Positions 58,216 to 64,000 of a stretch of DNA of 64,000 bases are shown one piece after another. Both the position numbers and the translations under genes were made by a program. The stretch comes from Chlamydiota bacterium. GTDB lineage: Bacteria; Chlamydiota; Chlamydiia; Chlamydiales; JAAKFR01. The first letter of the stretch is position 1; each line of letters opens with the position of its first letter. Below the pieces are notes generated by a model that ran no database searches, had not been told where the DNA came from, and was given only the letters and a program-made list of their open reading frames with translations. The DNA is taken from positions 3,441 through 67,440 of the forward strand of contig JABDCM010000002.1 in assembly GCA_013288105.1 (NCBI GenBank). Direction: 5' to 3'.

Positions 58216-59221
58216 GATAACCCTCCTTATAAAGCAGTTCTGCTGTCAAAATCCCCCCGCCTGCTCCTCCTCGAATGGTATTGTGTGAAAGTGCATGAAA
58301 TCTATAGTGAAAAAGAGGACAGGGGCGTAAACGACCTACAGTTGCACTCATTCCCCCCTGGCTATCCCTATCGAGACGTACTTGTGGACGGTCCACTTGA
58401 GAGTCATAAATCACAAGTTTTTGCGGAGAAGAGGGGAGGTTCAGAGAGGGGGAATGGTTCCATATTTTTAAAATCGTCTCGATATCCGGTTTTTCCTTAA
58501 AAGAGACGGAGACACAGGCAAGATGGCCATGTAAAACGGGGACACGATTACAAGAGGCGGAAATGGTCATGTTTGGATGAGAAATACACTCCTCTTTCTC
58601 TATTTTTCCGAAAATTTTTAAAGGTTCCTGTTCAATTTTTTCCTCCTCTCCTTGGATAAAGGGAATGATATTATCGAAAATTGCATGAGAGGAGAGAGTG
58701 GCTCCTGCACCACTAATTGCTTGAAGGGTTGTCACCGAGAGGGTCTGAATTTCAAAAAGCGTATGAAGGGGAGCCAGAGGAAGCATAAAAGATTGGATCG
58801 CACACGTCGGCTTTGAAACAATAAAACCCTTTTTCCATCCTCTTTTTTGCTGTTGAATGGGAAGGATTTTGAGATGCGGAGAGTTGATTTCTGGGATGAG
58901 CAGGGGAATAAGAGGGTCTTTTCTATGGCAGGCAGCATGAGAAAAAAGGGGAAGATCTGCTTCTGCAAAGAGGGGTTCATAGAGAAGCGCAACCTCATTG
59001 GGTAGGGCAGAGAAAAGAAAGTCACACTCTTTTTTCGCTTCAGAAATGGCTTCAATGGAATGAATTTTAAGGGGGAGGAACTCTGAGTAGAGCCTATTTT
59101 GAGATTGCAGGGAGGCTGCAATAAAGCTCACTTCAAACCAGGGGTGGTTCTGGAGTAGCTGGACATACTGCTGCCCAATGATACCTGTTCCTCCCAAAAT
59201 ACCCACTCTAAGTTTTTTCAT
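58208..59221 (-). CDS. asd: aspartate-semialdehyde dehydrogenase
   Basis: N-terminal GILGGTGIIGQ NAD(P) fold and mid-protein Cys (SKPTCAIQS), 337 aa. Confidence 0.82.
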   Translation of the reverse strand: MKKLRVGILGGTGIIGQQYVQLLQNHPWFEVSFIAASLQSQNRLYSEFLPLKIHSIEAISEAKKECDFLFSALPNEVALLYEPLFAEADLPLFSHAACHRKDPLIPLLIPEINSPHLKILPIQQQKRGWKKGFIVSKPTCAIQSFMLPLAPLHTLFEIQTLSVTTLQAISGAGATLSSHAIFDNIIPFIQGEEEKIEQEPLKIFGKIEKEECISHPNMTISASCNRVPVLHGHLACVSVSFKEKPDIETILKIWNHSPSLNLPSSPQKLVIYDSQVDRPQVRLDRDSQGGMSATVGRLRPCPLFHYRFHALSHNTIRGGAGGGILTAELLYKEGYLG

Positions 59222-60098
59222 AAAGCCTATCCACGATGTTTGTAAGCGTCTCTCTAAAAACTGGAGAAAGAGGGGTGAGGGGTAGTCGGGGGGAGCCTGA
59301 GGGAAGTCCAGCCATTTGCATGGCAGCCTTGATAGGAATCGGATTGGTTTCCATCGTGACTCCCTTGAAAAGAGGCAATAGCTGGTAGTGAAGGGTGCGC
59401 GCCAACTCCCAATCTTTCACCTGAAATGCAGACATAAACTTTTTCATTAAGCGGGGAATGAGATTGCTAGACATCCCAATCAGACCATCTCCTCCGAGTG
59501 CCATTAGAGGAAAGGTAAAGATATCATCTCCAGAAAAGAGGGAAAAAGAGGGTCTTGCTGCTTTAATTTCGGCTATAATATCTCCCATCTGCACAACATT
59601 TCCTGAAGCCTCTTTGACGCCAACAATCGAAGGGAGATCGGCGATTTTTTTTAAGGTTTCGGGCAGAACATTCACTCCTGTGCGTCCCGGAATGTTATAG
59701 AGGATAAGGGGCAGGGGAGAGGCTCTTGAAAGAGCTTGAAAATGTAGGTAGAGTCCCTCTTGAGTGGGTTTGTTGTAGTAGGGGGTGACAATGAGCGCAC
59801 CTTGAGCACCTAAATGAGCTGCTTGGTGCACATTTTCGATCACTTTTTGTGTGTCATATCCTCCACAACCGACAAGAATAGGAAGAGAGCCCGCCTCCTC
59901 TTTAGTCAGACGGATAATGATCTCTTTTTCTTCAGAGGTTAGTGTAGGGGCCTCTCCTGTGGACCCCAAAACGACAAGACCATCGACCTCTGCCTCTTTT
60001 TGAAGGCGCACAAGTAGACGTAAACCTGCTTGATCTAAAGCGCCCTGATCATCAAAGGGGGTGATGAGTGCTGTAAAGAGACCGGACCAGATCTTCAA
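59208..60098 (-). CDS. dapA: 4-hydroxy-tetrahydrodipicolinate synthase
   Basis: GSTGEAPTLT, YNIPGRTG and Schiff-base Lys context VGVKEASG. Confidence 0.9.
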   Translation of the reverse strand: MKIWSGLFTALITPFDDQGALDQAGLRLLVRLQKEAEVDGLVVLGSTGEAPTLTSEEKEIIIRLTKEEAGSLPILVGCGGYDTQKVIENVHQAAHLGAQGALIVTPYYNKPTQEGLYLHFQALSRASPLPLILYNIPGRTGVNVLPETLKKIADLPSIVGVKEASGNVVQMGDIIAEIKAARPSFSLFSGDDIFTFPLMALGGDGLIGMSSNLIPRLMKKFMSAFQVKDWELARTLHYQLLPLFKGVTMETNPIPIKAAMQMAGLPSGSPRLPLTPLSPVFRETLTNIVDRLYEKT

Positions 60099-60705
60099 GA
60101 GTATACCATCCTGTTTTTTTCTGATTATAGAGCCATTCTGCTGCCTTCAAAGCACCGACAGCAAGTCCCTCTCGATTATGAGCCTCATGCGTGAGGTGAA
60201 TAGAGTCAAAGGGGGAGCTGAAAGTCACCTGATGGGTTCCTGGAAGAGACCCCAAGCGCACACTTGCGAAGGGTTCTTGCATGCCAAGAGCCTCACCGAT
60301 TGCTAGAGAGGTTCCCGAGGGGGCATCTTTTTTTTCTCTATGATGCCATTCGACGCCTGCCACATCATAATCCTGGAAGAGAAGGCGAGCCTGCTTAAGG
60401 AGCTGGAGAAAGAGGGCCATGCCTAAGGAAAAATTGGGAGCAAAAAGGAGAGAGCCCCCATTTTTCTCAGAAATTTCTCGACCCTTCAGAAGCTCCTTAT
60501 CCCACCCTGTGGTGCCGATGAGATGGGGCTTTTGAAAAGAGGAGACGTGAGCGATTCTATCAAGGATTCCCTCTGCGAGGGCAAAATCGATCACCACGTC
60601 ACTATTTGCAATTTCGTCGGAGGGGAGGAGGATGTGGCCCTGTTCTAAGGCAATCTTTTTTATTAGAGAGCCCATTTTCCCAAGACCGATCAGAGTGATG
60701 CGCAT
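60052..60705 (-). CDS. dapB: 4-hydroxy-tetrahydrodipicolinate reductase
   Basis: GLGKMG N-terminus and the signature EWHHREKKDAPSGT. Confidence 0.88.
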   Translation of the reverse strand: MRITLIGLGKMGSLIKKIALEQGHILLPSDEIANSDVVIDFALAEGILDRIAHVSSFQKPHLIGTTGWDKELLKGREISEKNGGSLLFAPNFSLGMALFLQLLKQARLLFQDYDVAGVEWHHREKKDAPSGTSLAIGEALGMQEPFASVRLGSLPGTHQVTFSSPFDSIHLTHEAHNREGLAVGALKAAEWLYNQKKTGWYTLEDLVRSLYSTHHPL

Positions 60706-60823
60706 ATGCTCCAGAAGAATAGCGAAAAAAGGTCAATTTGTAAATAGGTTCACACTTTGTATGTTAAATTTTAGATGCAGAATATGTAGCTCATATACTA
60801 CAATTGTATCATGAGTATCGACG

Positions 60824-61147
60824 TTGGCTATCTTGAAAAAAGTTAGAGACTACCAAGAGCATCTTTTGGAGCAATTGCAAAATCCTGAGGAGGCCGCAGC
60901 CTATCTCAATGCTGCTTTGCATGATGATGACCCACACGTCTTTTTATTAGCTTTGCGCGATATTACAGATGCTCAAGGTGGAATGAGTTGGTTAGCTGAT
61001 GTGGCGGATCTCAATCGTGAAAGCCTTTATCGTACTCTTTCTTTACGGGGCAACCCACGATTTTTCAGTTTGCTTGCCGTACTTGATGCTGTAGGTCTTG
61101 AATTGTCTATCCACCCGCGAGAAAAGAGAAAGCAGAAAAGAGCTTAG
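60824..61147 (+). CDS. addiction-module antidote-like HTH protein (HigA-related), no adjacent toxin gene
   Basis: 107 aa, TTG start. DYQEHLLEQLQNPEEAAAYLNAAL and the HTH LADVADLNRESLYRTLSLRGNPRFFSLLAVLDAVGLEL match the recalled antidote family. Confidence 0.62.
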   Translation: MAILKKVRDYQEHLLEQLQNPEEAAAYLNAALHDDDPHVFLLALRDITDAQGGMSWLADVADLNRESLYRTLSLRGNPRFFSLLAVLDAVGLELSIHPREKRKQKRA

Positions 61148-61154
61148 GAGCTTA

Positions 61155-62144
61155 TTAATCTTGCCAGAGAGATACTGTTACATCTCTATTTTCAATCATT
61201 GTCATACCTTGACGACCTTCTTGCTTGTAGATTATTTGTAACTCAGGTAATCCTATTTTTTCTCCCTTCAAGATGCGAGGAATCCAATTAAGCATAGCAT
61301 CTGTCAGCTTACTCCTTTGAATGAGAGGTGAATTAGAGAAGTATCGACAATCTCCCTTGCTACTAACTATAATTACTAAGGTAACATCATCTTTAGTACC
61401 ATCACGATGAAGAATAGCCAAGCGCATTCCAAGAAATGGCATACCATACTGTTGAGCGCGTAGGATACTACGCTTGGTTTCCTGGAAAAAAGGTCTCAAA
61501 ACTTCACTATCCCAGCTACTGTCCCAATTCTGAAAATTCTCATCAATAAAAGATTGAGAAAAAACAGGTAACGCATACAGGTTTAGACCTAGAAAGAGTG
61601 TGCTAACAGCATTAGCATAGGCTCTTTGTCTCTCTTCTTGCATTTTTCTTCCTCGAGCTGCAAGCGTTTCCCCTTCTTGTAATATTACTCGTACTTCACG
61701 ACCCTGCTCTCGTTTTACACGCCTCTTCCTTAGCTTATCTCTTTGTATTTGAGTTAAATGCGCGTTCCTAGCGTCCCAATGCGCTTCAACTATTCTGCAT
61801 GTCATCTCTTCAAACTCTTGTTCTGCCCTCGCTGACGCATCTTCTGGAGATAGGCCTGGATATAACTCCGTCATACTTTGAAGATATTTTGAAGCTATTT
61901 GCTCAGTTTTTCGACTTAAAAAAGCTTTAACAACATAAACTGCTACCGTAGCAATGCACGCCGCAGATGTGATTGCCCAAATGCAATAAATAGAGGTCCT
62001 GTTTCCCCCATAAAAATAACTACATGTTGCCACAATAATGGCAATAAGTGCGATCGCAGTAACCTCCTTTAGTCTGTCTGCCTCTTTGAATACATCAATA
62101 GGCTCATGAAACCAGGATTGTATGGAAGAGATAGAACAGGGCAT
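61155..62144 (-). CDS. Inc-like membrane protein (bilobed hydrophobic domain)
   Basis: 329 aa. VTAIALIAIIVATCSYFY and IYCIWAITSAACIATVAVYVV are separated by ~6 residues. A charged/basic C-terminal domain follows. Confidence 0.55.
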   Translation of the reverse strand: MPCSISSIQSWFHEPIDVFKEADRLKEVTAIALIAIIVATCSYFYGGNRTSIYCIWAITSAACIATVAVYVVKAFLSRKTEQIASKYLQSMTELYPGLSPEDASARAEQEFEEMTCRIVEAHWDARNAHLTQIQRDKLRKRRVKREQGREVRVILQEGETLAARGRKMQEERQRAYANAVSTLFLGLNLYALPVFSQSFIDENFQNWDSSWDSEVLRPFFQETKRSILRAQQYGMPFLGMRLAILHRDGTKDDVTLVIIVSSKGDCRYFSNSPLIQRSKLTDAMLNWIPRILKGEKIGLPELQIIYKQEGRQGMTMIENRDVTVSLWQD

Positions 62145-62348
62145 AAACGATACTCCTTGGCGGAGATTGTATGGGAAAAACAGGTTTGGTTCAAGAAAAT
62201 CTTAATTAAAAGTTTTTAAGCTGCTAGCTCAACCAAAACATTGTAAGAATTTTTTTAAAACAATAGATAATTTGAATAGTTCAATCTTAATGAAAATTAA
62301 ATCAAATGCGTGTACCATCTGTGATCTTTTTAAATGTAGGCACTTACT

Positions 62349-63083
62349 ATGGATAGTTTAGCTTCTAGAGTTGGATCAGGAGACTTCGATCGTCATGTGC
62401 CAACGCCCTCTTCTTCTTCCCCAGCATTAGAAACATATAGTTACGCTACGGACATTATTGAGAGCTTGGGTAGACTTACTGTAGGAGCAGGTAGATCTAA
62501 ACGCGAAGAAATTATCCGAGCCATCGATACGGAAGGTGGCTCGATATATAGACCGGAAGCATTGAGCATTTGGGGTATAAAGGTTTTGGATAGGGTTCCG
62601 CCAGCTCCACTAGTTGCCCTGAACAAAAAACAGGTTCTTCTATATATCCCGAATATGGTTCTAGTTAATGGAAAAGTAGAAAATTTTACTTTGAACGTTT
62701 TGAATGGCGCCTATGCCTATGGCTCATTTGGGTTTTTCGAGGCAACTGTTAGGGAACAGTTTGGGGATGCCACGGCTCCTGGATGGGTTCTAATAGACAA
62801 AAAGTTGCTTTCTGGGAGTCGAGGCAAAGATTATGAAACCCAGAAAAGGATGGTAGAAGAAAAAGGCTGTAGCATGCCGAGAGTACTGGAGGCTGTCCTC
62901 CTTAACCTGATAGTATTTGCCTTTACTGGGGAACGATTATATGGCACTGGCATTTATACTTGTTGCATGGAAAAAGTTGATGGCGAATCTCCTGTCATAG
63001 TTGGGAATTTTGACCTTAGAAACCGCCTCTTTATCGAAAATGACCGAGCCGGCTATGGCGTCGCGTGCGTCCAGCGGTTCTAA
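62349..63083 (+). CDS. hypothetical protein, paralogue of 3703-4617 (candidate secreted effector)
   Basis: 244 aa. It shares a C-terminal module with the 304-aa ORF (see 3703-4617). Confidence 0.6.
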   Translation: MDSLASRVGSGDFDRHVPTPSSSSPALETYSYATDIIESLGRLTVGAGRSKREEIIRAIDTEGGSIYRPEALSIWGIKVLDRVPPAPLVALNKKQVLLYIPNMVLVNGKVENFTLNVLNGAYAYGSFGFFEATVREQFGDATAPGWVLIDKKLLSGSRGKDYETQKRMVEEKGCSMPRVLEAVLLNLIVFAFTGERLYGTGIYTCCMEKVDGESPVIVGNFDLRNRLFIENDRAGYGVACVQRF

Positions 63084-63105
63084 TGCCATAAGTTCCTGAA
63101 AATAC

Positions 63106-64000
63106 TCAAGCCGCCAGCTCTACCAAAAACTGGTTCTGCTCTAATGAGCGAGTGGCGTAAATGGCTTTCCATAACCTCCTCATCTTCACCACCTGCTCAT
63201 TAGATAGGGGATCCAGCACAATAAAACAGTCATGATTACGCGCAAAAGCAGAGCGGGTCCAATTCGTAGACCCATGCACCAAAATATGGTCATCAATCCA
63301 GGCAAATTTATGGTGTAAAAGCTCATATCCAGAACTTGCAAAAACAGCAATGCCCCCCCTATAAAGGGCTTGGAAAGCTTTTTTGCTTACCCCTTGAGCG
63401 GAACTATTATCCATCACAACCTCTACATGCACCCCTCTTTTATGCGCATGAATAATCGCCTGTGTAAGCTCTGGATGGGTCCAGGTATACATCGCTACAC
63501 GGATAGTCTTTTGAGCCCCCTCTATCAAAGAGAGAAGCCTTGCCAATCCCTCCCTCCCCCTTTCCGGAGAATGCCAAAATTCAAGATTTTGATCGTTGAG
63601 CTTAAGTCGATTATATAATTCTGGATGAAAAATAATTTGAGCAAGATTCTTGCTCTGAATCCCTACAACTAAATTCGCGTGTACGCGCAGTGAATCGGGA
63701 GTCCAATTGGCCGATCCAATCCAGACCTTCTCCTCATCTGTAATCAAAATTTTCTGATGAGCAAGACCTGCCACCTGAATAGGTATGACCTGAATGGGGC
63801 TTTTCAGTCTTTGAAAACCTTTCTGCGAGGTAGAAGGGTCATGGTAAACAGAGATCTCTATTCCCTCTTTTGCTCTCTTATTCAAGGCGCGAATCAATTT
63901 GTCATCATTAAGGGCATAGATAACAACAAAAATGGACCGTTTAGCATCCGCTATGGCATCTAAGAATAATTTTCTAAGATCATCTTGGCATTGAGTGGCA
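63106..64000 (-). CDS. phospholipase D-family protein (two HKD motifs), 5' end outside the window
   Basis: HQKILITDEEKVWIGSANWT and HHKFAWIDDHILVHGSTNWT. The frame stays open from 63897 to the window edge (...LRKLFLDAIADAKRSIFVVIYALNDDK), so the gene is partial. Confidence 0.85.
   Translation of the reverse strand, partial: ATQCQDDLRKLFLDAIADAKRSIFVVIYALNDDKLIRALNKRAKEGIEISVYHDPSTSQKGFQRLKSPIQVIPIQVAGLAHQKILITDEEKVWIGSANWTPDSLRVHANLVVGIQSKNLAQIIFHPELYNRLKLNDQNLEFWHSPERGREGLARLLSLIEGAQKTIRVAMYTWTHPELTQAIIHAHKRGVHVEVVMDNSSAQGVSKKAFQALYRGGIAVFASSGYELLHHKFAWIDDHILVHGSTNWTRSAFARNHDCFIVLDPLSNEQVVKMRRLWKAIYATRSLEQNQFLVELAA

Noticed and set aside
1-64000. CRISPR arrays, cas genes, transposases, integrases, prophage genes, restriction-modification or known defence operons
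   Set aside because: None were recognised. The only regular repeats are the 2 x 78-bp coding repeat and the dispersed MITE/REP-like elements. The HD-domain gene looks like the conserved housekeeping dNTPase type and is not linked to defence genes.

Overview
This 64-kb window looks like chromosomal DNA from a chlamydia-like bacterium (phylum Chlamydiota), probably an environmental or amoeba-associated lineage. That assignment is an inference, because no database search was possible. It rests on recalled Chlamydia trachomatis gene order: ribF-truB-rbfA-infB-nusA-rpsA, recF-dnaN next to smpB, and sucA-sucB...ferredoxin-flhA-sigma28. It also rests on an LL-diaminopimelate aminotransferase lysine pathway, kdsB, duplicated oppA genes and several proteins with Inc-type bilobed hydrophobic domains. 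About 65 coding regions, 3 tRNAs and no rRNA are supported. Most of the window is housekeeping: the opp operon, tsaD, pgl-zwf, the translation/transcription cluster, dnaN-recF, hemW, system II cytochrome c biogenesis, sucAB and dapB-dapA-asd-dapL. No CRISPR array, transposase, integrase or recognisable defence operon was seen. The unusual content is as follows. (1) A foldback MITE-like repeat family has four copies or fragments, one of them carrying a second nested palindromic element with a TA duplication. (2) A 309-bp GC-rich insert flanked by 15-bp direct repeats sits beside a 43-bp perfect palindrome. (3) A tandemly duplicated gene pair encodes an ASCH-domain protein; copy 1 has a eukaryote-like basic (NLS-like) linker, which is deleted with a frame break in copy 2. 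(4) A membrane-anchored OTU-type deubiquitinase is present. (5) Two paralogous orphan proteins share a C-terminal module of unknown function. (6) A vestigial flagellar-type export locus reads flhB(N-terminal only)-flhA-flhF(degenerate)-fliA. (7) Two adjacent small secreted proteins are Tyr-rich, and one also has a Cys cluster. Product calls come from motif recognition in the supplied translations, not from searches.
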